Source of the DNA: Porticoccaceae bacterium
GTDB lineage: Bacteria; Pseudomonadota; Gammaproteobacteria; Pseudomonadales; GM7GCV1
Length of the DNA: 64,000 nt
NCBI GenBank assembly: GCA_018662305.1
Contig: JABJGI010000069.1
Coordinates: 1,358-65,357, forward strand
Direction: 5' to 3'
In this document: piece after piece, positions 9,641-19,094 of the stretch
Numbering within the stretch: position 1 is the first letter of the stretch
Layout of the letters: each line of letters begins with the position of its first letter
Translations under genes and position numbers: made by a program
The notes under the pieces: model-generated
Database searches by the model: none
Told to the model about the DNA's origin: nothing
The model's input: only the letters and a program-made list of their open reading frames with translations

Positions 9641-9669
9641 TTGTTAACTTAGGCCTGTCTATGTATTGT
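9641..9669 (+). promoter_or_regulatory. Candidate sigma70 promoter of rnpB (TTGTTA-N17-TATTGT)
   Basis: The -35 TTGTTA (9641-9646) and -10 TATTGT (9664-9669) place a start about 7 nt upstream of the predicted RNase P RNA 5' end. It overlaps the hairpin CTAAGTT-GTT-AACTTAG (9636-9652). Confidence 0.4.
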
Positions 9670-9676
9670 CCGCACC

Positions 9677-10035
9677 TGAGTCAGCCGGGCAATCGCTGTA
9701 GATTTATTCTGCAGAGGAAAGTCCGGGCTCCGCAGGGTAGAGTGCCTGGTAACCCCAGGGGGGTGTGAGCCCACGGAAAGTGCAGCAGAAAGTGAACCGC
9801 CTAAGTCTTTCTTTGGAAGGCCGGTAAGGGTGAAAAGGTGCGGTAAGAGCGCACCGCGCGTCGGGCAACCGGTCGCGGCGATGGTAAACCCCGCTCGGAG
9901 CAAGGCCAAATAGGAATCCATTGGTGCGACCCGCACTGGATTCGGGTAGGCCGCATGAGTTTTTTGGTGACAAAAGACCTAGATGAATGATTGCCACGGA
10001 GTAATCCGTACAGAACCCGGCTTACGGCTGGCTCA
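9677..10035 (+). ncRNA. rnpB: RNase P RNA, bacterial type A
   Basis: Contains the universally conserved GAGGAAAGTCCGGGCTCC (about 9715-9732). Other blocks match my memory of E. coli M1 RNA: GGTAAGGGTGAAAAGGTGCGGTAAGAGCGCACCGCG, AGCAAGGCCAAATAGG, CCTAGATGAATGATTGCC and ACAGAACCCGGCTTA. The P1 stem pairs TGAGTCAGCCG (9677-) with CGGCTGGCTCA (-10035), followed by a T-rich tract. Confidence 0.92.
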
Positions 10036-10215
10036 TATTTCTTTTTGATCTTAAAAATAATTTTATATACCTAAATTGTCTTTTATCTGCCTTCTAGTTC
10101 AATAGAATGCAGCATCTTTCTGTTTTTTTGTCGGTTCTTCTATTTAGGTTTTTCCACTTCTTCCCACATTTGCTAAGTCTTTGGTAAAGCAAGGTTTTTT
10201 TCCTATTTTGACTTG

Positions 10216-10243
10216 TTGACTTGGGTCTTTTTGTACCTATAGT
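10216..10243 (+). promoter_or_regulatory. Candidate Pmra sigma70 promoter (TTGACT-N16-TATAGT)
   Basis: TTGACT at 10216-10221 (a second TTGACT lies at 10208-10213) and TATAGT at 10238-10243, about 105 nt upstream of the mraZ ATG. Confidence 0.6.
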
Positions 10244-10250
10244 GTCGCTC

Positions 10251-10288
10251 AGTGGTGAAATTTGGCTAATTGTGGGTTTTTGTGGGTT
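10251..10288 (+). promoter_or_regulatory. Candidate MraZ operator: four direct repeats with exact 10-bp periodicity
   Basis: The repeats are AGTGGT (10251), TTTGGC (10261), TGTGGG (10271) and TGTGGG (10281). The last two are embedded in identical TTGTGGGTT 9-mers. The array lies immediately downstream of the putative -10. Confidence 0.6.
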
Positions 10289-10347
10289 ATATGAATTCGC
10301 AGCCGAGCCGGGTTTTCCGTTCATTTGGACAGGGGTTGAGACTTTAA

Positions 10348-10803
10348 ATGTTTCGAGGAATACATTCAGTAAATATGGACGCCAAAGGGCGTCTGGCAAT
10401 TCCGGCGAAGTTCCGGGAGTTGCTGAATGGTGCGTCAGAGGGGCAGCTGGTGATTACCATCGATCCAGTCGCTCGATGTTTGGCGGTATACCCTTTACCT
10501 CAGTGGGAAGAAATTCAAGCCAAGATAGAAAAGCTTCCTTCTTTAAATCCAAATGCAAAGCGTATGCAGCGTCTCTTTATCGGCCACGCTAGCGATTGCG
10601 AATTAGATGCTAATGGCCGATTTCTGATTCCTCCGCCATTGAGAGCCTACGCAAGCCTCGAGAAAAAGCTCGTATTGCTAGGTCAGGGGCAGAAGGTCGA
10701 GATATGGTCTGATGAGCTTTGGCAATCTCAGCTCACTTCCATGCTGGAAGATTCTGACGGGATGGAAAGCCTGCCAGAAGAAATGCAGTCCCTCTCCTTT
10801 TAA
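10348..10803 (+). CDS. mraZ: Transcriptional regulator MraZ
   Basis: 151 aa with an MFRG start and duplicated DAKGR / DANGR motifs typical of MraZ. Confidence 0.96.
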   Translation: MFRGIHSVNMDAKGRLAIPAKFRELLNGASEGQLVITIDPVARCLAVYPLPQWEEIQAKIEKLPSLNPNAKRMQRLFIGHASDCELDANGRFLIPPPLRAYASLEKKLVLLGQGQKVEIWSDELWQSQLTSMLEDSDGMESLPEEMQSLSF

Positions 10804-10809
10804 CCATAG

Positions 10810-11769
10810 ATGAATAGTCCCCAGAAAAGCAGCCCTCATCAAAGCGTTCTGCTCGACGAGGCTGTTACGGCTTTGGTTGGTTCGCAAAATGGGATTTATG
10901 TAGACGGGACCTTCGGACGAGGCGGTCATTCCTCAGAAATACTCTCTCAGCTGGATTCGGATGGGTTGCTCTTAGCTATTGATCGAGATCAGCAGGCAGT
11001 TGACTACGGCCGCGACATCTTTGCCGGTGACTCTCGAATTGAAATCGAGCTATCAAATTTTTCAAACCTCAAAACCTTGGTGCTTGAGCGCAACTGGCAG
11101 GGCAAGTTGTCGGGTGTGCTGCTGGATTTAGGGGTTTCATCTCCCCAGCTAGATCAGGCTGAACGCGGGTTTAGTTTTCAGAAGGCCGGCCCTCTCGACA
11201 TGCGAATGTCTCAGCACGCCGGTGAAAGTGCGGCAGACTGGATAAATCGTGCCGAAGCGGACGAGATAGCGGACGTGCTTTGGAGCTACGGTGATGAGAG
11301 GTTTTCCCGCCGAATCGCTCGAGCCATATTGCGGGAAAGAGAAGAAGAGCCCATTGAGACAACCACTCGATTGGCAGAGATTGTGCGGGCGGCCATTCCT
11401 GGTTTTGATCCGAAGAAAGATGCAGCGACTCGAACCTTTCAGGCGATACGCATTTTTATTAACGACGAACTGGGCGAGTTAAAAACTTTGTTGGCGGACG
11501 TGCTTGATTTGCTCGCCCCCGGCGGCCGCCTGGTTGTTATTAGCTTTCACTCTCTAGAAGACCGCCTGGTGAAGCGATTTATCCGGGAGCACTCGACACC
11601 GCCAAAAGCGCACCGAGATATTCCAGTTCAGAATGAAATACATGCGCCTTTAAAGCTGAAAGCCATCGGTAAGGCGCACAAGGCGAGCCAGAGTGAGATG
11701 TCGGCGAACCCTCGTAGTCGAAGCGCGGTGATGCGCGTGGCTGAGCGTATTGGGGAGATTGCTGCATGA
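10810..11769 (+). CDS. rsmH: 16S rRNA (cytosine1402-N4)-methyltransferase
   Basis: 319 aa with SAM motif DGTFGRGGHS and conserved ISFHSLEDR. Confidence 0.96.
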   Translation: MNSPQKSSPHQSVLLDEAVTALVGSQNGIYVDGTFGRGGHSSEILSQLDSDGLLLAIDRDQQAVDYGRDIFAGDSRIEIELSNFSNLKTLVLERNWQGKLSGVLLDLGVSSPQLDQAERGFSFQKAGPLDMRMSQHAGESAADWINRAEADEIADVLWSYGDERFSRRIARAILREREEEPIETTTRLAEIVRAAIPGFDPKKDAATRTFQAIRIFINDELGELKTLLADVLDLLAPGGRLVVISFHSLEDRLVKRFIREHSTPPKAHRDIPVQNEIHAPLKLKAIGKAHKASQSEMSANPRSRSAVMRVAERIGEIAA

Positions 11770-12032
11770 ACCTCCTCCTGCTAAAGCTGCTCTTGCTGTC
11801 TCTAATTTGTATTACCGCACTGGCATGCGTTTCCGTTGCATATGAGAGTCGAGCTCTGGCGACAGAGTTGATGAGGCTGAAGCTGGCAGAGCAGGATTTA
11901 ACCACTCGATGGGGGCAGCTGCTTCTTGAAGAAAGTGCGCTTGGTTCGCTGCCCAGGGTGGAGGCGGAGTCAGGTAGGTTAGCCTCCATGCGAGCTCCTC
12001 AGTCTAGTGATCTAGTGGTATTGCATCCATGA
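11766..12032 (+). CDS. ftsL: Cell division protein FtsL
   Basis: 88 aa with a single TM helix followed by a leucine-rich coiled coil. Its position between rsmH and ftsI, with ATGA overlaps on both sides, supports the call. Confidence 0.88.
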   Translation: MNLLLLKLLLLSLICITALACVSVAYESRALATELMRLKLAEQDLTTRWGQLLLEESALGSLPRVEAESGRLASMRAPQSSDLVVLHP

Positions 12033-13774
12033 GCGCGCAGATTTATCAGATATCGCGATGGCGCATCATTCTGATTGCGCTGTTTCTTATCCTGTTAGTT
12101 GTTTCCCTTTGCGCTCGCATTGCACTGCTTCAAGTCTCGCCGAACTATGAAAGAGGATTCGCTTTCTTGCAGGCTCAAGGAGAGGCGCGCAGTAATAGAA
12201 CCATCGATATACCCGCTCCTCGTGGAATGATCCTGGATAGAGAGGGTCGGCCATTGGCAGTAAGTACACCAGTTATCTCCGTCTGGGCTGATCCAGAATT
12301 GGTAGGGTTGTCGGACTCAGAGATAGCCGGCTTGGCGCACGAGTTGGAGCTCGATGAAGAGACTTTAAGTCTCAAATTAAAGGATCAGTCCGGCCGACGA
12401 TTTGTCTATCTAAAGCGCGGCATGGTGCCCAATTCACGAGAGCGCCTCGAGCCCTTTGTGGGAAGAGGGGTCTATTTGATGGAAGAGTATCGCCGCTTCT
12501 ACCCTTCAGGAGAGGTTTTTGCTCAGGTAGTAGGTTTTACCGATATAGATGAGCAGGGACAGGAGGGCGTAGAGCTCAGCCTGGACGAGATTTTGCGCGG
12601 CACCTCTGGAAGCCAGCTGGTGGTTCGCGATCTCAAAGGGCGAGTTGTTGAGTCTGCCGAAGTTTTACAGCCCGCTAGCCCTGGCGACAATATCACTCTT
12701 ACTCTCGATACCAGACTGCAATATGTTGCCTATCGGCAGTTAAAGGAAGCGGTGACCTCTCATGGAGCTGCCTCAGGCTCTCTTGTGACAATGGATGTGG
12801 AGAGCGGGGAAATACTGGCCATGGTGAATCAGCCAGCATTTAACCCTAACAACCGTTCCGATATAGAGCCCAACTCAGTCCGGAATCGCGTGCTGACGGA
12901 TTTATTTGAACCCGGTTCAACCATCAAGGCTTTTACCCTACTTGCCGCCTTGGAGTCAGGGCGCTACAGGCCTGAGACCGTTGTCGATACTTCGCCAGGC
13001 CGAATGCAGGTCCCTGGCAAGATGATTTACGACCCCGTTAATTATGGTCCTCTGACATTGTCCGAGATTCTGGCGAAGTCCAGTCAGGTAGGAACTGCAA
13101 AAATCGCTCTTGATTTGGATCCCGACCGGCTTCCGCTGCTCTTGCAGCGAGTTGGATTGGGTGAGCTGCCTGGAATAGGGTTTCCGGGTGAAGCAGCCGG
13201 ATCGGTGCCTCAGTATTATGAGTGGGAGCCAATCGAGCGGACGACTTTAGCCTACGGATACGGGCTGGCGGTATCACCCATGCAGTTGGCTCAAGCCTAT
13301 GCGGTCTTTGGTAATGGTGGCTTTCGAGTTACACCAAAGCTCTATCGTGACGCGCCAAGCATTGAGCCTGAGCGAGTCGCCGATGAAGGACTCGTAGATG
13401 ATGTCTTGCAGATGTTGCGCGGAGTGGTGGAGACAGGTACTGCGACAAAGGCGGCAACTGAATCCTATGATGTTGCCGGCAAGACCGGCACGACTCATTT
13501 TTATGGTGAGTTTGGGTACGAGGCGCATGAGTACAGTGCCTTGTTTGCAGGTTTGGCGCCCGCTGAAGATCCGCGCATTGTCACTATCGTGGTTATCCAC
13601 GAGCCTCAAACAGATTACTACGGCGGTGGTTCAGTCGCAGCGCCAGTTTTTTCCGCCGTCACCGAGGCCACTTTAAGAATATTGGGTGAAACGCCTAGTG
13701 CCGCGCTTAGCGCCAGGCTTAGCTCGGCTAGCGATCAGGTTGATGTTCTGGCGCAGCAGGGGCTTGTGCCGTGA
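12029..13774 (+). CDS. ftsI: Peptidoglycan D,D-transpeptidase FtsI (PBP3)
   Basis: 581 aa with an N-terminal TM anchor and motifs STIKAF (SxxK), SSQ (SxN-like) and KTGTT. Confidence 0.95.
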   Translation: MSAQIYQISRWRIILIALFLILLVVSLCARIALLQVSPNYERGFAFLQAQGEARSNRTIDIPAPRGMILDREGRPLAVSTPVISVWADPELVGLSDSEIAGLAHELELDEETLSLKLKDQSGRRFVYLKRGMVPNSRERLEPFVGRGVYLMEEYRRFYPSGEVFAQVVGFTDIDEQGQEGVELSLDEILRGTSGSQLVVRDLKGRVVESAEVLQPASPGDNITLTLDTRLQYVAYRQLKEAVTSHGAASGSLVTMDVESGEILAMVNQPAFNPNNRSDIEPNSVRNRVLTDLFEPGSTIKAFTLLAALESGRYRPETVVDTSPGRMQVPGKMIYDPVNYGPLTLSEILAKSSQVGTAKIALDLDPDRLPLLLQRVGLGELPGIGFPGEAAGSVPQYYEWEPIERTTLAYGYGLAVSPMQLAQAYAVFGNGGFRVTPKLYRDAPSIEPERVADEGLVDDVLQMLRGVVETGTATKAATESYDVAGKTGTTHFYGEFGYEAHEYSALFAGLAPAEDPRIVTIVVIHEPQTDYYGGGSVAAPVFSAVTEATLRILGETPSAALSARLSSASDQVDVLAQQGLVP

Positions 13775-15279
13775 GCAGTATTCAGGCGGAAGCAAAAATG
13801 AAGCTAGATCGCTTGCTCGCGGGGGTGAGATACAGGGCGTCATTGCCAGCATCCACTTCGATTGTTGGGTTGACCTCTGATAGTCGACAAGTTGAGTCCG
13901 GGCAAGCCTTTGCCTGTTTGGAGCAAGGTGCTAACCAGACTAGTTACGTGTCTGACGCGCTAGCAAGGGGCGCTGTTGCTGCTCTTGTGGAGGAGGGTTC
14001 CGAGCTGGAAGGGAGCGAAATAGTTGGGATCAATAACCTCAGAGGTAATCTCAGCCAGATAGCAGGAAATTTTTACGGCCACCCCTCGCAGTATATGAAG
14101 GTCGTTGGTGTAACTGGCACCAATGGGAAATCTTCGGTTTGCTCTTGGATTGAACAGTTGCTTGAGCAGAATGGCAAAGCGGCCGGCTCCATCGGAACCT
14201 TGGGTGCCCATGCCTGTGGCGAGCAGATACTTGAAGCCGATGGCATGACTACCCGAGATGCAGTTCGAGCCCAGCAGGTGCTGAAGTTTTGTCGTGATGC
14301 TGGAGCGGAAGCCGTTGCGATGGAGGTTTCATCCCATGGGTTGGATCAGGGGCGAGTCGAATCTATCTGTTTTGCTGTCGCGCTATTTACCAACTTTAGC
14401 CGCGATCACCTTGATTACCATCGCACCGAAGAGAATTATTGGCGTGCCAAGAAAAGATTGTTCGAGCTTCCCGGAATTCGCTGCGCCGTAATCAATATTG
14501 ATGACGCTAAGGGCAGAGAGCTGGCTCTTGAGCTGCAAGGAACAATGGAGTTGATTCGCTTTTCCATAGAAGGGCGGCAAGAAGCCGACATTGCCTTGAA
14601 TGAGCTCAAATTTGATCAGGGCTACACCGCAGAGCTTAAATCTAAGTGGGGTGTTTTCCCCATACATCTTCCGCAAATGAAAGCAGAATTTGAGTTGAGC
14701 AACTTGCTCGCCGCATTTGCAGCAGCTACCTGTCTGGGAGTGCCGGCAGAGCAAATGGCATCAAAACTCTCTGATTTAAAACCAGCTCTGGGGAGAATGG
14801 ATCTGGTTGGTTCCCATCGGGGCTCAGAAATTTATGTTGACTACGCGCACACTCCAGAGGCGGTAGAGCGCGTACTAAGTGCCTTGCGGGCGACTACCGC
14901 TCAGCGGGTTATCGCCGTGCTGGGTTGCGGCGGCGATCGCGATCGTGGCAAGCGAGCGCTCATGGCAAAGGCAGCCCTTCAACAAGCGGATCTTCTAGTG
15001 ATTACCTCTGACAACCCTCGGGGAGAAGATCAGTCGCAGATAGAAAGAGACATGCTCGAAGGCGTTGAAGATCTTGGTCGAGTGGAGTGCTTTCCTGACA
15101 GGAAGGAAGCCATTCATTTTGCTATCGAGAATTCTGTGCCGGGTTCGACTGTTGCGGTTTTGGGTAAGGGGCATGAGTCGGGGCAGATATTTGCTGACCG
15201 AGTTGAGCCCTTCAGCGATATCCAGGTCGTTCAGAAAGTATTGCTAGCTGGCGTTGCAGCTGAAGGGGTTTCGAGATGA
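13771..15279 (+). CDS. murE: UDP-N-acetylmuramoyl-L-alanyl-D-glutamate--2,6-diaminopimelate ligase
   Basis: P-loop GVTGTNGKSS and the DNPR motif (TSDNPRGED). The GTG start overlaps the ftsI stop (GTGA). Confidence 0.95.
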   Translation: MSSIQAEAKMKLDRLLAGVRYRASLPASTSIVGLTSDSRQVESGQAFACLEQGANQTSYVSDALARGAVAALVEEGSELEGSEIVGINNLRGNLSQIAGNFYGHPSQYMKVVGVTGTNGKSSVCSWIEQLLEQNGKAAGSIGTLGAHACGEQILEADGMTTRDAVRAQQVLKFCRDAGAEAVAMEVSSHGLDQGRVESICFAVALFTNFSRDHLDYHRTEENYWRAKKRLFELPGIRCAVINIDDAKGRELALELQGTMELIRFSIEGRQEADIALNELKFDQGYTAELKSKWGVFPIHLPQMKAEFELSNLLAAFAAATCLGVPAEQMASKLSDLKPALGRMDLVGSHRGSEIYVDYAHTPEAVERVLSALRATTAQRVIAVLGCGGDRDRGKRALMAKAALQQADLLVITSDNPRGEDQSQIERDMLEGVEDLGRVECFPDRKEAIHFAIENSVPGSTVAVLGKGHESGQIFADRVEPFSDIQVVQKVLLAGVAAEGVSR

Positions 15280-16655
15280 TGGGTGATCTTTCTCTGGCGA
15301 CTATGGCGAGCCAATACGGCGGCGTGGTACTCAACGGCGACGCTGACATCAAAGCGCTTTCGATTGATACCCGCGAACTGCATCCCGGACAAACCTTTGT
15401 CGCCATAAAGGGCCCCAATTTCGACGGTCATGATTTTGCAGCCGAGGCGGCATCAAAGGGCATTGAGGCTCTGGTTGTGGAAAAACCTCTTAGATCCGTT
15501 TCCGCTCCTCAGTGGGTAGTTCCGGACTGTATAGACGCACTTGGTTTGATCGGCAAAAGCTGTCGAAAAGCATTCAAGGCGCCCGTCATTGGTATTACTG
15601 GCAGCACAGGCAAGACCTCGGTTAAGGAAATGTTGGCCTCAGTTTTGCGCCAGCGCGGCGAGGTGTTATCCACCAAGGGCAATTACAACAACCATTTGGG
15701 CGTGCCCTTGATGCTGGCGGAGCTGAATTCCAAACAAGCCTTTGCTGTTCTTGAAATGGGGGCTAGTGCAGAAGGTGAGATCGCCTACCTGTCAGGTTTA
15801 GTGCGTCCGGATGTAGCCTTGGTAAACAATGTCGGAACTGCGCACCTCGAAGGTTTTGGCTCTCGCGAGGGCATTGTTCGCGGCAAGGGCGAGATATATC
15901 AATCTTTGTCAGATGCCGGGCGAGCCGTTGTGAATTTAGATTCCTTTGGTGCTGAAGAATTTTTAGGTCAGATTTCCGCCCAGACTTTGACATTTTCTGC
16001 CACTGGAAACCCAGAGGCTGATGTCAGAGTGTCCGGGGTCCGAGTTAATGACGGTGGCTCGACGTACTTACTACACACCCCCATAGGCGACATTGAGGTT
16101 CGGCAGTCTCTGCTTGGAATCAACAACGTTTGTAATGGAGCCGCGGCAGCAACCTGCGCGCTCTCTGTCGGCATGCGTCTAGAAGAAATTCGTACCGGCT
16201 TGGCCGAGGTTGGCCAGGTTTCAGGACGGCTCTTTCGTCGACCAGGCGTTCGCGGCTCGCGCATTCTCGACGATGCCTATAACGCAAATCCAGACTCTAT
16301 GTCTGGCGCAATTGACGTTCTGACAAATTTTGAGGGAACGCGAATTTTTGTGATGGGCGCAATGGGCGAGCTCGGACCGGGGTCGGAGGAGTATCACCGG
16401 CAGATGGGTGAGAAATCCCGTCAGGCGGGAGTCGATTGTTTGATTTGCGTTGGCGAAGCGACAAGACCCGCTGCTGAGGCCTATGGCGAAAAAGCGGTCT
16501 GGGTTGGCTCGAATGAAGAGGCGGCTCAGGTATGTCTCGGACTGTTGGGCCCAAATGTAAGTGTATTGGTAAAGGGGTCGCGCACTGCGGCTCTGGAGGA
16601 GGTGGTTGACGTGATAACCGATTTAGGGGGGCAAAATGCTGTATTGGCTAACTGA
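15276..16655 (+). CDS. murF: UDP-N-acetylmuramoyl-tripeptide--D-alanyl-D-alanine ligase
   Basis: 459 aa with P-loop [14 protein letters not shown] overlap with murE. Confidence 0.95.
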   Translation: MMGDLSLATMASQYGGVVLNGDADIKALSIDTRELHPGQTFVAIKGPNFDGHDFAAEAASKGIEALVVEKPLRSVSAPQWVVPDCIDALGLIGKSCRKAFKAPVIGITGSTGKTSVKEMLASVLRQRGEVLSTKGNYNNHLGVPLMLAELNSKQAFAVLEMGASAEGEIAYLSGLVRPDVALVNNVGTAHLEGFGSREGIVRGKGEIYQSLSDAGRAVVNLDSFGAEEFLGQISAQTLTFSATGNPEADVRVSGVRVNDGGSTYLLHTPIGDIEVRQSLLGINNVCNGAAAATCALSVGMRLEEIRTGLAEVGQVSGRLFRRPGVRGSRILDDAYNANPDSMSGAIDVLTNFEGTRIFVMGAMGELGPGSEEYHRQMGEKSRQAGVDCLICVGEATRPAAEAYGEKAVWVGSNEEAAQVCLGLLGPNVSVLVKGSRTAALEEVVDVITDLGGQNAVLAN

Positions 16656-17718
16656 GTACCTAAACGAGTTTTATTCATTCTTTAATGTATTTAATTACCT
16701 GAGCTTTAGGGCGATTCTGGGAGTCTTGACCGCTGTGACCATCTCCATGGTTTTTGGTGCTCCCATGATTCGCAAGCTCAATTACCTGCAGATCGGTCAG
16801 TCTGTTCGTGATGATGGGCCGCAATCTCATCTGAGCAAGAGCGGTACTCCGACCATGGGCGGCACTCTGATTTTGCTTTCCGTTTTTGTCGCGACCTTGC
16901 TCTGGGGTGATCTAGACAATCGGTACGTCTGGATTGTGCTCTTTGTCACAGCGAGTTTCGGCGTGATCGGTTTTTATGACGACTATAAAAAGGTGGTGTA
17001 TAGAGACCCCAAAGGTCTGTCTGCCAAGTGGAAATATTTCTGGCAATCAGCAGCCGGTTTAACGGCGGTAATTTATCTCTATAGCCAGACTGAGCTGCCG
17101 GCTGAAACCCAGCTTTTTGTTCCCTTCTTTAAAGATGTGGCCATCGAGTTAGGTGTCGGCTACATCCTCTTGGCTTATTTCGTAGTGGTGGGTTCGAGCA
17201 ACGCGGTGAATCTGACTGACGGCCTGGATGGATTGGCCATCCTGCCGTCCGTGATGATCGGTGGAGCGCTCGGAATCATCGCCTACCTAACTGGTAACGT
17301 TCAATACGCTGAGTATTTAAATATCCCCTATTTGCCCGAGGCTGGTGAGCTGGTCGTATTTTGTGCCGCTCTCTGTGGGGCAGGTATGGGGTTCCTCTGG
17401 TTCAACACCTATCCGGCGCAGGTGTTTATGGGCGACGTCGGGGCTCTTTCAATCGGTGCTGCTCTGGGGGTTATTGCCGTCATTGTTCGCCACGAGATTG
17501 TATTTTTTCTGATGGCCGGTGTGTTCGTCATGGAAACCGTTTCGGTCATTGTTCAAGTGACCTCGTTCAAGCTTACCGGCAAGCGAGTTTTCCGAATGGC
17601 TCCTTTGCACCATCACTTCGAGCTGAAGGGTTGGCCTGAGCCTCGAGTCATAGTGCGATTCTGGATTATCACCATGGTACTGGTTCTTTTTGGGCTAGCC
17701 ACACTTAAGTTGCGATAG
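16636..17718 (+). CDS. mraY: Phospho-N-acetylmuramoyl-pentapeptide transferase
   Basis: 360-aa polytopic membrane protein with [13 protein letters not shown] and HHHFE motifs. Confidence 0.96.
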   Translation: MLYWLTEYLNEFYSFFNVFNYLSFRAILGVLTAVTISMVFGAPMIRKLNYLQIGQSVRDDGPQSHLSKSGTPTMGGTLILLSVFVATLLWGDLDNRYVWIVLFVTASFGVIGFYDDYKKVVYRDPKGLSAKWKYFWQSAAGLTAVIYLYSQTELPAETQLFVPFFKDVAIELGVGYILLAYFVVVGSSNAVNLTDGLDGLAILPSVMIGGALGIIAYLTGNVQYAEYLNIPYLPEAGELVVFCAALCGAGMGFLWFNTYPAQVFMGDVGALSIGAALGVIAVIVRHEIVFFLMAGVFVMETVSVIVQVTSFKLTGKRVFRMAPLHHHFELKGWPEPRVIVRFWIITMVLVLFGLATLKLR

Positions 17719-17744
17719 GGGAGTCGAAAGGTCGACGACAAAAT

Positions 17745-19094
17745 ATGAGCGGGCTGATAGCAACATCAAATCGAAGAGCGGTAGTAGGAGCCGGGGTCAC
17801 CGGACGCTCTGTGGTGCGCTTTTTGTCTACCCAGAAAATGCCCTTTGACTGGTTTGATACTCGAGATTCATTGGAGAGTCTGAACTTGCTGGATGGTGAT
17901 CAATTGGAAGCACCACTAGAGCTTGGAAAAATAGAAATAGACCGGTTGTGTGGCTATGACGAAATCATTTTGAGTCCTGGTCTGGCCAAAAATGAGCCCT
18001 ATATCCTAGAGGCTGAAAAAGTTGGTGCAAAAATAATAGGTGACATCGAATTGTTTGCGCGTCACGCCGATGCTCCGGTAGCCGCTGTGACAGGTTCAAA
18101 CGGCAAGAGTAGTGTCACCACCTTATTGGCGGATGTTGCAAAAGCCTGCGGACGAAATGCTATTGCCGCGGGCAACCTGGGAGAGCCAGCTCTGGATCAG
18201 CTCGGACTTGATTACGATCTCTATGTACTCGAACTGAGTAGCTTCCAGTTGGAAACCACATCTAGTCTTCGGCCGGCAGCAGCGGTGATTCTAAATCTGA
18301 GCCCTGATCATCTGGATCGATATCCGGACATGATTCACTACCACTCCGCTAAGCAGCGCATTCATATCGGTGCTGCCGGCATTGTGACCAACAGAGATGA
18401 CCTTCTGACTTCAGCCTTGTCAGCTGATGCGACAAAACACATCAGTTTTGGATTTGACGAGCCGGACCTTGGTCAATATGGATTGCGTACTCGAGAGGGC
18501 AAGACATTTATCGCACGGGGACTGGAGTCTCTTTGTGATGTCGAGGAGGTCCAGCTAAAAGGTCGCCACAATTTGGCAAATGCCATGGCAGTTCTGGCTA
18601 TGGCGGAAATTCTAGAACTGGATATCGAGAAAACGATAAAGACGCTCTGTGGGTTTAAAGGACTAGCTCACCGATGTGAGTTGGCCGCCAATCGAAACGG
18701 AACTCTCTGGGTTAATGATTCTAAAGCGACCAACACGGGCGCTTCCATTGCAGCGATCCGAGGATTGGTTGACGAGATTGATGGGCAGATAATTCTAATT
18801 GCTGGTGGTCAGTCTAAAGGGCAATCCTTCGAGGAATTTGGTGAAGTAGTTTCCGCCAACTGCGGTGAGGTCGTCTTGATGGGCGAAGATGCCGCACAGA
18901 TAGCCCAGTCTTTGAAAGATGGCCCCGCTGTCCATCAGGTCGCATCGATACAAGACGCGGTATCAACTGCTGGCGAGCTCGCTAAGCAGGGGGATTGCGT
19001 ACTGTTGTCTCCAGCCTGCGCCAGCTTTGATCAGTTTAGCGGTTATCAAGATCGCGGGAATCAGTTCAAACAGGCGTTGGAGCAGTTGAAATGA
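17745..19094 (+). CDS. murD: UDP-N-acetylmuramoylalanine--D-glutamate ligase
   Basis: 449 aa with P-loop VTGSNGKSS and Mur ligase organisation. Confidence 0.95.
   Translation: MSGLIATSNRRAVVGAGVTGRSVVRFLSTQKMPFDWFDTRDSLESLNLLDGDQLEAPLELGKIEIDRLCGYDEIILSPGLAKNEPYILEAEKVGAKIIGDIELFARHADAPVAAVTGSNGKSSVTTLLADVAKACGRNAIAAGNLGEPALDQLGLDYDLYVLELSSFQLETTSSLRPAAAVILNLSPDHLDRYPDMIHYHSAKQRIHIGAAGIVTNRDDLLTSALSADATKHISFGFDEPDLGQYGLRTREGKTFIARGLESLCDVEEVQLKGRHNLANAMAVLAMAEILELDIEKTIKTLCGFKGLAHRCELAANRNGTLWVNDSKATNTGASIAAIRGLVDEIDGQIILIAGGQSKGQSFEEFGEVVSANCGEVVLMGEDAAQIAQSLKDGPAVHQVASIQDAVSTAGELAKQGDCVLLSPACASFDQFSGYQDRGNQFKQALEQLK

Noticed and set aside
9649-9997. Two minus-strand ORFs (95 and 97 aa) over 9649-9997
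   Set aside because: The region is RNase P RNA (GAGGAAAGTCCGGGCTCC and other conserved blocks on the plus strand). The ORFs are artefacts of a structured RNA gene.
10094-10592. The 101-aa minus-strand ORF (10094-10399) and the 123-aa plus-strand ORF (10221-10592) in the mraZ upstream region
   Set aside because: They cover the AT-rich promoter/operator region and overlap mraZ out of frame. No coding signal was seen.
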